A DNA stretch of 59,205 nucleotides from Macrostomum lignano (lineage: Eukaryota), in the NCBI GenBank assembly GCA_002269645.1, contig NIVC01002894.1, positions 1-59,205 of the forward strand. The letters are read 5' to 3'. Made by a program: the position numbers and the translations under genes. The notes under the pieces are model-generated. The model was not told the origin of the DNA. It saw nothing but the letters and a program-made list of their open reading frames with translations, and made no database searches. How positions within the stretch are numbered: the first letter of the stretch is position 1; each line of letters starts with the position of its first letter. Positions 1-12,485 of the stretch are shown piece after piece.

Positions 1-296
1 AGAAGCAATGCAAGGGGCGTGTTCCCACTCTCTAAAGTTCTTTGTATCCTTCTTTGAAAGTCATTGGAACTTATCAGTATAGGAAAACTTATGCACCTGC
101 GTAGGCATAAAAGGTGAGCAAGGTGCACAAAAGAGGCACTACAGTGGCCTAGTTCGTGCGTGTTTGGAAATTTTGGAAACCTATTTACGCCGTACATGTA
201 CACCTTACGCACATCTAATTCATGTGACTAAAACATCAAGCTACGTTTTAATCTCAGATTCTAATTTGTTGTCCACCTCCCTCCCCTACTCCGCAG

Positions 297-2467
297 GTAG
301 CCGTATCCATAGAAATCAGCCGAGTCGGCTCGGACTCCGCCCAGCGCAATTCTCTCTGGCCGTCATACCGCGCCATCTCGATCGCGGCCGAGCGTCGCTG
401 CCAGCAGACTTTCACTCTGCGCTACAATCTGCAGCCGGACACCGAGGAGTGGGCCAACGCCTGGTTCCCTCACGTGGCCATTCTGAACGCCAGCGTCGAG
501 GTCAATCTTGGCCGAGTGTCGCCGCTGTCTAGCAGGCAGCCAGGCTACCGGCTGCTGTCCATCGGCCGAGAAGTGCGCTGTGCAGTTTGGCCGATGCTGA
601 CCCCGCGTTTGGCTCCTTGCCAGCCGCGGCCGCCGCCACAGACAGACCGGATGTTGTTCTGCGTCGGTTTGCCATTTACTGGCAAACTGAATTCGTAGAG
701 ACTTATCGGAAGCAGATTGGCCTGGCTAAGTCTGTGTGTTTGAGCATCAACGCATTGGCCGACGCCTGTCTAGTGCCGGAGCTGGGCGACAGCATGGATA
801 AGTCCGACACTAGAGAGAGAATTGGTCGCTACCTGCTCAACAATTGCTCAGAGATCCTGTTCGCCTTAGCCACTTTCGCCATGCAGCACAGGCTGGATGT
901 GATCATGGACATGTGCAACGCCTCTCCATTCACCAGGCGCCTCCGGCTTAACCTATTTCGACCGGCTGGCTACGCCTCCAAAGCTATTATCTTCTGTCCC
1001 GGCCCGAAAACTGAAGCCGGCTTCCGGCAGAAATCCTTGGCTAGATTAGGCCTCAAGGAGCCTTGCGGAGCTTATTATCAGCTGGCTGCTAATTTAGTTT
1101 ATCCTCGGCTGTATCAGGCTAGCCAAGCCGCTTCCGCCTCAGCTGCGGCGTCTGCTACATCTAGCGACTTGTTTGACGATGTCCGGTCCTACTGCGACAT
1201 TCCCCAGTCGATGCTGAACGATCGCCAGACTGACATCAATGCCGAAGCCGCGTCTAGAGGTTTCACTCCGCAGCCGGAGGAGGAACTGGACGAGGTGCTG
1301 CTTGAAGTGTGCCAGAAATTCGGATTAGATTACGTGGCCGAGTCTTGCGCCGATGAAGCTGTTCAACCAAGTGTAGAGACTGCGCCTGACCCAGCTAAGA
1401 AACCAGCGCCAGAGCACAGCCCAGCCACAGATTCTCGGCGCTCCAGTCAGGACCGACGCGACTGCGCGCCTCATCTGCCCCAGCCTACTCAGCAACACCA
1501 GCATCGGCCTCATCTCGAGCACAGACTCGAAGCATCCGCCTTGTCCCACGATCGCCACCGCGACCCGGCCAGATCCAGGCGATCCTTGGATGGCGACCGG
1601 GAGCGTAGTCGAGAATCGAATCGGTCGCATCATTCGCAGCATTCTTCTTATCGATCGCATCACTCCCGATCGAGATCCCGATCGCGCGACATTGCTCATC
1701 ATCCTCAGCATCATCAGCGTCCACCGCCACCACCGCCAGTGCGTCCGCATCCTCCTCTGCCGTCTGCGTCGCATCGAGATCGTCGATTCGAATCGTCGTC
1801 GTCAAGCTCAGCTAGCGGTTACCATGGCAACGATCGATGGAGAAGCAGCAGTCGCGGAGACGGTGCTACAATCGATAGGAAACCGCTGCCCACTGTTATC
1901 GGCAACAGTATTAGCAGCGGCAGTAGGAGTAGCCATGGTACATCTTTCAATCATAGAAGCTTGTCAAGAACAGCCGAGGTTCGCGATCGAGATTTTGATC
2001 GTCGACGCCAGTCGTCATCCTCGGCTGCTGCAGACCGGTCAGAGCCGTCTCTGGATCATTTCTATTCGCAGGCACATCTGGGCAGCAGGATACCTCAAGT
2101 TGCTCCGTACGGGCATGACAGGAGCAGTAGCAGCATCAACAGCAACAGTGGCGGCCTTAGCTCTCTGCGGCCATATCAGCATCGAAATAATCCGGCATTC
2201 TTCTCGTCCTCAGCGTCGCCAAGGCAACCGCCGCCGCCGCCGCAGCAGCCAGCAATCGGAGCCATCGGTGCCATGTCGGCAGCTAACAAGCGGACGGGCC
2301 AGTCTCTATGGGAGAAGCTGCATCCGCCCCCGGTTGCTTCCGGCTACGCCGCTGCCAGTCAGCCGCAGCGGCAGCCCGAGCTCGAGACCGCAGCCAGCTA
2401 CCACGCTCGATCGCTTTTACCTTCGCCGTCTGCTCCAGCAGCTGCTGCTAATCGAGAAAACTTCTGA
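297..2467 (+). CDS. Terminal coding exon of an unidentified protein (globular N-terminal part, then an R/S/H/P-rich disordered tail); apparent -1 frameshift near 575-590
   Basis: Pyrimidine-rich acceptor ctccgcag ends at 296. The frame from 297 reads VAVSIEISRV...RYNLQPDTEEWANAWFPHVAILNASVEV...REVRCAV. The 626-codon ORF 587-2467 continues in the -1 frame. No family motif recognised. Confidence 0.5.
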
Positions 2468-3303
2468 AATATTGACAGAGATGACGCTGAAAGGCGAAAA
2501 TTTAATCTTCAAAACTATAACTATTTCAGTACCCATGTGGACTGGACTAAATCATTTTTAGTTCGCATTTATATGAACTTTCGTGTCTCTTTGCTAAAAA
2601 ATCCAGTCTGTAAGCTGACTGATTCAAAACTGTATTTACATTTGCTCCTGTCAGCAGTCTGTAGTGATTATTATTTTTGTACAAGCTCACTGCTGCCAGT
2701 TTTGCTGAGACTGTTTGTCTTGTGTAGTTATATAATCAAACACAACTATTAATCCTAATAAATATAGTGGTTCAAGACTGCCAGCTTGTGATTATCCGTC
2801 ATCCTGTTGTTTAATTTGGAACAGCTATGGTCTGTTGAAATCTCAGTTGAGAGTTGAAGTGTTCTGTCTGTTTTTTGTTCAGTTTTTTGGGTTATTAAAC
2901 TCGTAAAATCCAAAATAATTGCGTCAGGTGCCAACAACAACCCTCCTGAGAAATATCAAGCGCTGGACGTGTTGCTCTCCGCAACCGCAACTCAGTCCGT
3001 CACTGGTCTTCCATATTTTTGTGCTTTTTTGTGCATGAAGACTACAACGCGTAGTGAGAACTTCGTTTCTTGTCTTCTCCCTAGCTAGGCTCGCACTCGC
3101 GGTTTTCAGTGGTAAATTACACGTAGATACAAAAATGGACTGCTTAGAAAGAACTGATAAAGAAAGGCCTAAAAACTCGAACATGTGGTTTTTTCGAACT
3201 GCACTGGCCTGATTACTTCTGCTGGTACAACAAGGTACAATAAAGATTAGGGCTTTATTTTTAATCCAAGCCTGAAGCAGCAAAAGGCCGCAAAAGACGA
3301 GAC

Positions 3304-5962
3304 ATGGCGTGTAGAAGTCTGCACACGGCATCATCGAGTTCGCAGTTGGAGACTGTGGCTGATTTAATCAGAGCCGGGGCAGATATTGACGAGCAGACGC
3401 CCGACGGCAGTTTCACACCCCTGCACTTGGCCGTGTATCACGGCAACGACAAAGTAGTTGCTACCCTGATCCGAGCCGGCTGCAATGTTGACTTGCCAGA
3501 CACTGCCGGATTTACCCCGGTGCACACAGCCGTTCTGAAAGGTCGCACCGCTATTCTCCGCCAACTGGTCAAGGCCGGAGCCAATCTAAACACGCACTGC
3601 TGCATGGGCAACACTCCGCTGCTCGCGGCCATCTCTCAGCGAAGAATCGCCGCGTTCAAGGCGCTGATCGAAGCGCAAGTCGACGTTAATCAGTGCTGTT
3701 CTGATGTGTCAGCATCGGCGTCGCCTCTTTTCGCTGCAACTCTCGGTGGAGACCAAGAATTTGTAAAGCGCCTGGTAGAAGCTGGCGCGTCCATCAATTT
3801 CCAGCAGCCAAACAACGGACTGACAGCTTTGCACGCCGCTGCTTTAACTGGCAATGCGAAACTCGTCAACTATCTGGTGGGCGTAGGCGCAGAAGCTGGG
3901 CTGGCGAACTTTCAAGGCATCACGGCCGCTAATATGGCCGACATGCGGGGCGATCACCGGGTTGCTGCCCGGCTTAACCTTGCCGACACAGAGCCAACGG
4001 TCTCAGACTCGGACCCGGCTGATCATGCTGAAGAACCCACAACCGAATCACTTCCTGGTGACAAAGGACTCGAAGAACTTCGTGAATTCAGCGTCACATT
4101 GTCCAATGCAATGTGCGCGGCCGGCTTCAAAGCCTTGAACGCCAGTTTGCAAAGCGGTGCTGCATTAGTTTTGCAAGACATCCTTCGAAGGTACTATGGT
4201 ACTGAAGATCTGTACGTGTTTGGAAGCTTCTCAGACGGATGGGGCAGCTGCTTGAGGACCTTGAATGGCAGAATCAGCCGTGACTCCGACATTGACGTCA
4301 CTGTGTTTCAGCCCGAAGCTCCACTCTGTTTGCGTGCCATGGATTCTGCTTTTTTCGCCGACTGCAACAACTGCAGGCACCTGGAAGTCGAATACGTTGA
4401 CGGGCACGCTCGCTATGGAATCGATGGTAGGAATTAATTACTAGTACATGTAGCTCAAAGGTTTACCGATAATTTTTTAGCAAACTTGTATCTTATATCT
4501 GACGACGTACATTATTTCGCTTTTTAGCCTCGGGTCCCAATGCAGCTCTGCTCGCAAACTACCCGCTGATTACTGCAATAGACTTAATCAAGGCTTTAAG
4601 ATGCTGCCGCTATCCCCGCATCGAGCTGTTGCAGCCCGACTACAGAAACCGGAAGTGTCAGACAACTGAGATGCCTCAGCGCATTCTGCAGCAACTCAGA
4701 GACGAGGCTCTCGGCGACTCTCCAAAGTGCCACGCGGTCGTTGCGGCACCTCCAGACGAGCCTCCGGCAGCTGCATGCGGGTGAGCACAACCCTGCTGGA
4801 GAGAGCCGTCATGCACAGCCTCACCACGGTGCAGGGCCAGTTCTTCATCCTTCTAAAGTTCCTCATCAAGAAGGTGATCAGCAGTCGAGTGAGCGGTCTG
4901 AAGACGTACATGGCCAAGAACCTGCTGTTCTACATGCTCGACGAAACACCGGCAGCGGACTGGGAGCCGCAGAACTTGCTGGAACTCGTGCGGCAGTCTC
5001 TGCAGCTGCTGGTTGAGATGATGGAGAGCTCAGACTCCGAGCATGTTTGCATGAAGCACTTCTTCCTGCGCGATGCCAATGTGTACTTTAAGAAAGATCA
5101 CGACTTGCAGAGTGTCATTATTGACTGTGTGCAAGCAACAAGCCGAAAACTGTTGGTAGTGACGAAAGACTTTAAAGACTCGTTGCGAGACAACACGTCT
5201 AACGTGATTCAGTTCCACCCGTTTTACTACGCAGCTCAGCTCATCCGGAGCGTTGGCACTACACATTCGGGTTACTTTTCAATCTTACCTTTGGTGAAGG
5301 ACTGCATCGTGAGACTAGGAAGCGGCTTCACAGAATCCACAAAGGAGCAACAGTTGGAAGATTTGCTTCATCAAATAAACAAACTTCCTGAACCGTCGGC
5401 AAAAACAACAAAAGAATGCTTGAAATTTTTGGCCTATTTAAAATTCGGAGTACCTTTGAACAGTAGCAACGTTGGTTTGGCGAGCTCAGCCAGTCCCGGG
5501 ATCCCCTGCGCCATTGGATGCCGAAGCCAAGACGTCGACGAACGAAAACTGACCGCAGAGTCGGCCAAGCAGATGGTGTGGAGCCATCTCAGCAGCAACG
5601 ACTCAGCCTGGAAGTTCGGCCTCTTGCTCAGACGTGACATTCGTCTGGACTTTCTGCCGTCCGACCTGACGGATCTTATCACCAAGAAAACTGGAGGCGT
5701 TAGCGTCGATGCATCCTACTACTTTTTAGACTTCTCGGCTCTTTGCGAGGCACTTAAAGCGCTTTACCTGGACTCGCTAGGTGTCCCAGCTGCCTGTGCT
5801 CCGCTGATGCGCAGCGGCATGTCCGATTTCTATGAGGTTGACCTGCTGCCCCAGGATCAAGGCACCGCTGCAGCTGGCGGTGTTGCCCCGGCTCCGCTTC
5901 CGGATTTGTCTGTGCAGTTTGGAGCTCTGAAGATGGTGCGTCTTTGGCAGCAGCTGAGCTGA
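3304..5962 (+). CDS. Ankyrin-repeat + Mab-21/cGAS-like nucleotidyltransferase (cGLR-like), about 850 aa; exons 3304-4426 and 4528-5962, with a -1 frameshift near 4750-4775
   Basis: 6-7 ankyrin repeats (TPLHLAVYHG, TPVHTAVLKG, TPLLAAI, SPLFAATLGG, TALHAAALTG). NTase motif VFGSFSDG...DSDIDV. Phase-1 intron G/gtagga...tttttag (4427-4527) joins to IDLIKALRCCRYP...KCHAVVAAPP. The Mab-21 helical part then reads RVSTTLLERAVMHSL...FFILLKFLIKK...GLKTYMAKNLLFYMLDE...W...LLELVRQSLQLL...MKHFFLRDANV. Confidence 0.85.
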
Positions 5963-5989
5963 GCTTAGTTGACATAATTAAAAGATTAG

Positions 5990-6230
5990 CTAACTTTAGG
6001 ACTTTTGACTTTAGATAAGCGAGGAGATAAGAGAGGAGAGGAGTGGGAAGAGAAGGGAAGATGAGGGGACAAAAGAGAGAATAATGAAGAGGAGAATGGA
6101 GAGAGGAAGGGGAGAGAGGAGAGAGGCGAGATGAGAGATGAGAGGTTAGATGAGGGGAGAGAGGAGAGAAGGGATAGGCGACCCCGGAGGAGCAAAGATA
6201 GGCGACTTGAGAAGAGACTCAAGCGGGCCA
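5990..6230. repeat. Purine-rich (GA/GGA) low-complexity tract
   Basis: Degenerate gagag/ggaga runs. Confidence 0.8.
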
Positions 6231-6261
6231 GATTGCTATTAATTGTGAAGTTTCATGGATC

Positions 6262-6310
6262 GAGGGCCGGATAGAGAGGGCTTCGCGGGACGCATGTTTG
6301 CCGACCCCTG
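6262..6310. mobile_element. Right end of a hAT (Charlie-like) non-autonomous element; partner end not seen
   Basis: gagggccggatag...cgcgggacgcatGTTTGCCGACCCCTG is the reverse complement of a CAGGGGTCGGCAAAC-type hAT terminus with gggcc-rich subterminal motifs. Confidence 0.4.
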
Positions 6311-8064
6311 AAGTAGACTATGCGACTCCGCACTGTCGGGTATTAAGTTAGGCACTAAAACAGATCATCATATTCACTATCTAATCTAACAAATAAAAAG
6401 CTTTTCTCACGCGGCAGGGACTTATTTTCCGTTCTTATGCAATTTTTACAGCCAGACAGCTGGGCACTGACCGACGACAACGAAGACTTGCGTCACTACA
6501 TCCGGATGTTCAAGGAATTTTGACTGACGCGTTCGCGGCCAACCGAGCGCGCTTTGCCAGTTCGCTGAGGCTGCGCAGCAGGTGGTGAGAAGAACCGAAG
6601 TAAATGCACTTTTAAGAAAAGAATTTGTAAGTACAAAATGTCCCTAAATTGTTTACCATTCCAGCCAGAAATTGTAGAATTTGTGCAGAGAGGATTTTTA
6701 CCGGCCGACTCAACAACAAGCGCTGATGTTGCTGACCAGCTTGAAGAGGATGACTTGGATCGATCTGAACGTTGATAAATTTTTGTTGGTGGCCAATGTT
6801 TTATATTTGACAGACTTTTGATTAACCGCACATAATGACAATTAAAATCAATTTAGTTAGACTTTGATTTAACAATATTGTTTTTATTTTTAACAATAAA
6901 TAAACTGTGAAACACATTCGAGCTTATATTGAATAGCTTGTGCACGTTTTGACAAGTTTCCGTTGAAAAGTACATTGCTGACTTTGCCGGCTTTTAAAAA
7001 TGCTACTATAGATTTAAAAAAACATATTTTGTTAATAACATACTTAAGTAATGACAAAAAATCACAAATATCGCCCTAATTGGATTAGGATCAAAGTTTC
7101 TTGACACACTGGTCTTGACACACTGGGGCCTCTAGTGATAATTAATAATTAAATTATAATAATTAATATTATAATTTTTACCGCATACGAATGAGCAAGG
7201 CGTAACGATATGAGCGATGGAAAAATTGATAACAGAATATCGCGCATCCATTTGAAGCATATGAAAGGAGCTCTTTTTATTGGATTTTTTATTATTTCTG
7301 TCTAGAAGTGTTCCGACACTTTCCCTAGTTTGTTTCTTTTGTTTCAGAATACAGCTTATAAAATCATTTAAAAGTTGTAAAGAAAAACTGTATTATTTAA
7401 AATAGCGTTATCACAGAGACGAGAGTAGATGATTGTGCTTTAATCCCGAATCACCGACATGATTTATTGTAAAAAAGGGGTCAGATTCTTTCAAACAGTT
7501 TCCTAGAAACCCAGACTTCTGATTTTATGGCAGTTCTAATCTTCATTTTTGACAATACAATTATGCTCTGTTGGCTCCAAACGAACGCAGAAGTCGTTTA
7601 AAACGAAAAAGATAAATTGCACTAAATACATTTCAAGAATTGACAGAAATGAAATTGGCCATGTTTTGCGTAATATGAGCCGATTATAAATATTTATAAC
7701 AATAACAATAAGTTGCACTACTGCATGCATGCTACTAGTTGGCTAATAAATTTTTCCTCAGTAGTATGTAACGTACGATGAGAGGCACAATGATATCGAC
7801 AGAGCGACAAAGTCCGTGACACCTTTAAAGTAAAAGTAATCGTATTTGCTGTAGGCACAATTTGCTGGGCTTATTTGTTTAGCCAAAATTTAGCTTTAAA
7901 ATTTGTCTCTAGTTCAAACTAGTTGCCTTCGCAGAAGTTAATAAGTAGACTGATTAAATTGCTTTAAAGTACAAATATATGCATTTACAATAGCCAAGCT
8001 TATTGTACTTACGACTCTTCCCATCTGATCCCATGTACCTTTTACGCTGGACTCAGTGGTGGCG

Positions 8065-8275
8065 CTGGATTGGCGCTAAAATCTAGACTGCGGAGCTGGA
8101 TTGGCGCTAAAATCTAGATTGCGGAGCTGAATTGGCGCTAAAATCTAAACTGCGGAGCTGGATTGGCGCTAAAATCTAGATTGCGGAGCTGGATTGGCGC
8201 TAAAATCTAAACTGCGGAGCTGAATTGGCGCTAAAATCTAGACTGCGGAGCTGGATTGGCGCTAAAATCTAGACT
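8065..8275. repeat. 31-bp minisatellite, about 7 copies
   Basis: Unit ctggattggcgctaaaatctagactgcggag; period 31 (8070, 8101, ...). Confidence 0.95.
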
Positions 8276-8400
8276 CACCTATATGAGTACAAACTATAAA
8301 TTCTTTCGATTTTTAGAACTTTTATCCTTCATTTTTCGAACTATGCAGTGACTGCACTTTTCGTTCACAGGCATCAGTTCACAGTTTACCATGTAGTCTT

Positions 8401-11400
8401 TCAGCTGCTCAGTTTTGGCGATCGATCATTCCTGTTGACCGACCGACCCTCTTTAATTGATCGGTCACTGCCAATTCGATTGCGCACCACCATGTAGGTT
8501 GGCAGCTGGATTGTCCGGGTCACCGGGTTCACCTCAAACACCGGCTCGTTTGTCCAAATCTGTTGCTGTAATAATTTTGATTTGAGAAGTGTTTGAGTCA
8601 TTTTTGGATGCGTTGGCGGTGAGTTGTCGACAATGTACTAGTGTGCGACTGACTGGACTGAGTGGTTTTATGATCGAATCAAATCGATTCTTTTGGCGAT
8701 CCCAGGGTCTAAAAATAGCATATACCACAACTTTAGGAAAACTCTGTGTCTAAAAATAGCATATACCACAGCTTTAATGAATCCTTGTGTCTAAAAATAG
8801 CACATGCAACAGTTTTCAGAAATCCCTGCGTCTAAAAATAGCATATACCACAACTTTAGGAAAACTCAGTGTCTAAAAATAGCAGATGCCACAGCTTTAA
8901 TGAAACCTTGTGTCTAAAAATAGCACATGCAACAGCTTTCAGAAATCCCTCCGTCTAAAAATAGCATATACCGCAGCTTTAAGGAATGCCCGAGGGTCAT
9001 CCCAAAAGTTTCAGCAAAGGCCTATTAATTTTCAACAAACGAGTGTCAGAACAATGAACATGTCAAAAACCTTCAAAATAACTTCCGTTGACTTGAATTG
9101 TGCGCTCCCAGCGGCCAGGCAACTTCTGAACGCTGTCAGCAGCGCCAGATTCGCACAGGTCTTTTGCAATGCGGCCGACCTCGCTGAACAGGTCATCAGG
9201 GCAATGGAAACGACGCCCTCGGAGCTGGTTCTTAAGCTTCGGAAAAAGGTCGAAATCGCAGGGACTGAGGTCTGGGGAGTAAGGAGGATGAGGCAGCACC
9301 TCTCACTGGTAGTCCCGCAGTAGGTCCTGCACAATGCGGGCTGTGTGCGAACTGGCATTGTCGTGCAGAAGGAGTGGACCAAGTTCCAGGGTCTGTGGCC
9401 GCTTTTTGCGCAAGGCAGGCCGAAGATGGTGAATAATGAAGCTCGACGAGGGGATTCCGGACAGCTCAGCCATTTCTTCGCATGTCTAACGACGATCGAT
9501 GTTCAGCAGCCCTTGGATCAACTCGATGTTCGACTCTGTGCGAGCTTCTTTTGGCCTTCCTCGTCCTCGACATCATCCTCGACATCAGAGCGGCCATTCT
9601 TGAATCGACTGTACCAGTCATACACGGCTCGCTGGCTCATCGCATTTGGCCCATGGGCCTGCAGCAACTGACGGTGAATTTGAGCTGCAGGGACACCACG
9701 AAGACATTCCGTTTTAATGTATGAGCGCTGCTCCAAGTTGAACGGAAATTCCATTTTATCGTTGTCGGCCGATGTTTGATTTAGTATCTCACAAAATGTT
9801 TTTTAGAAAACAGAATTTTGAAGCTAGAATGCTAAAAACTTACTCAGACACCCGAAATATGCTCATCTTTCGTGTGGTATAAGTGCTATAGTCCTAAAAG
9901 TTGTCTATGGCACAAAATCATTCGATTGCTGAAACTTTTGGGATGACCCTCGTGCCTTATCTAAATATAGCAAACGCCACGATTTTACCGTAGTCCCGGG
10001 TCTAAGAACAGTACATCCCATAAGTTTTGTAGGAATGAATCCCAGAATCTAACTAAACAGCAAACTGATATCCTTGAGTCAAGGAATACTCTACACAAAA
10101 AATTAATTCGTCAGAGCCTCGCGCTTACTTCGGAATTCTCCGGTCGCCATTTGAGCACAGCCTCATCCTCGCCGAATCTTCTCGAGCAGGAGACAATGCA
10201 GCCGCTGGGCGAGTCCAGTCTGCTCAAAGGGTTAAAAGGGGAAAGCTTGCAAAAAAGAATTTGGTAACTTTCGATTGCACTTTAGCATGTAGGGACGTCC
10301 AAGGTTAACCTCCCAGATCCTCAGTTGCTGGGCCAGTCTCCCAGAGTGTCAGTTGCTGGGCCAGCCTCCTAGATCCTCAGTTGCTGGGCCAGCCTCCCAG
10401 AGAGTCAGTTGCTGGGCCAGCCTCCCAAATCCTCAGTTGCTGGGCCAGCCTCCCAGATCCTCAGTTGCTGGGCCAGCCTCCCAGAGAGTCAGTTGCTGGG
10501 CCAGCCTCTCAGATCCTCAGTTGCTGGGCCAGCCTCCCAGATCCTCAGTTGCTGGGCCAGCCTCCCAGATCCTCAGTTGCTGGGCCAGCCTCCCAAATCC
10601 TCAGTTGCTGGGCCAGCCTCTCAGATCCTCAGTTGCTGGGCCAGCCTCCCAGATCCTCAGTTGCTGGGCCAGCCTCCCAGATCCTCAGTTGCTGGGCCAG
10701 CCTCCCAGAGAGTCAGTTGCTGGGCCAGCCTCTCAGATCCTCAGTTGCTGGGCCAGCCTCCCAGAGAGTCAGTTGCTGGGCCAGCCTCCAGATCCTCAGT
10801 TGCTGGGCCAGCCTCCCAGAGAGTCAGTTGCTGGGCCAGCCTCTCAGATCCTCAGTTGCTGGGCCAGCCTCCCAGATCCTCAGTTGCTGGGCCAGCCTCC
10901 CAGATCCTCAGTTGCTGGGCCAGCCTCCCAAATCCTCAGTTGCTGGGCCAGCCAGCCACCCAGATCCCTTGTTGCTGGGCCGCCACCGCCTTCCCAGCAG
11001 CTCACCTAGCAGGTATCAGGCACACTATCGCAGACTCGGCCACCTTGTTCCTGACAACCAGCTCCAGATCGCGGCTGTAGGCCACCCGACCCCCTCCCTG
11101 ATCTGCGGAATTCCTTTCTTCCTCGTTTTTATCTTCCTCCTCAGCAACAGTTTCCAAGGAAGCAACTGTCGGCGTTGACGGCGGAGTCCTGGCCGCCGCC
11201 CGCCCGCCAGTGTCGAACACTTCGCTGTCCGTCTCCGAGCCGCTGCTGCTGCCGCCAGCCTCCTCATCAAGCTCGAATCCGTCCTCGCCATCGTTCAAGT
11301 TTCTCACATCGAACACGATCAGATCCCCGGAGCCGGTGCCCACCCACAGCTGCCTTCGGCCGCTCCTCCGCCGCGTCCCCGTAGCCAGCAGCGAAGTCAC

Positions 11401-12134
11401 CCTGAAGGGATTCGCCGAGCCGGCCTGGCCGGTGCTCTCCGCAGCGTCGGCATCTAACTCGCTGAGCCGCTGCAGCGGGCGGGTCATGGTTGGATGTCGA
11501 ACCTCAGCCGGCAACTGGAGCCGTCAGAGCTCCACAGCTCTACAACTGGGGAGCCGCGGACCGCCAACCAGACACCGCAGGAGCGACCGCCGTCATGCAG
11601 ACAGAGCACCGAGTCGAACGGGCACTCGGACACTCGGACACGACAATACGCGTCCAGACTGTCCGATCGTAGCAACTGGACGAAGTTGCCGCAGGCCACC
11701 CACAGGACGCCGCCGCCATCCTCGGGCAGCTGAGCCAGCGCAACTGCAGTGGCCGGGCAGGCGCCGCCGAGGTTGATGAAGAACACGGAGGAGTCTGGCT
11801 GTTCTCGTCCGATGTCCTCCAGCACGGCCAGGGAGCCGCTGGCCAGAGCTGCGAACACTCGATGACGCCGGGGGCCGCCGATCGGAGCTGTGGACGGCTG
11901 CGCCTCCGAGCAGATGGCCAGGACTGAGTCCGGCATCCGGAACTCCCACAGCTGCTCGCTGGGGGATTGATTCGTAAATTAATCAATCAATGAATTAGTT
12001 AGTCAATCAATCAGACAATCAATCAATCAATCAGAATAATCAAAACAATCAATCAAGCAAGCAAGAAATAAAATAATCAATCAATCCATCAATCAATCAT
12101 TCAATCAATCAATAGATCAATCAGCCAACCAATA

Positions 12135-12205
<71 letters not shown>

Positions 12206-12210
12206 TAATA

Positions 12211-12241
<31 letters not shown>

Positions 12242-12430
12242 TAATCAATCAATCAATCAATTAATTAATCAATCAATCAGTCAATCAATCGATCAGTCAA
12301 TCAATTAATCAGCCAATCAAATCAATCAAATCAATCAAATCAATTAAATCAATCAATCAAATCAAATAAATCAAGTCAATCAAATCAATCAAATCAATCA
12401 ATCAATCAATCAATCAATCATCAATCAATT

Positions 12431-12485
<55 letters not shown>

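Noticed and set aside
1325-2561. Overlapping ORFs 1590-2561 (+), 1325-1774 (-) and 1485-1805 (-)
   Set aside because: Shadow frames of the low-complexity GC-rich tail of the 587-2467 ORF.
6470-6520. Mini terminal exon PDSWALTDDNEDLRHYIRMFKEF* after tttttacag
   Set aside because: No phase-compatible upstream donor identified, and too short to support.
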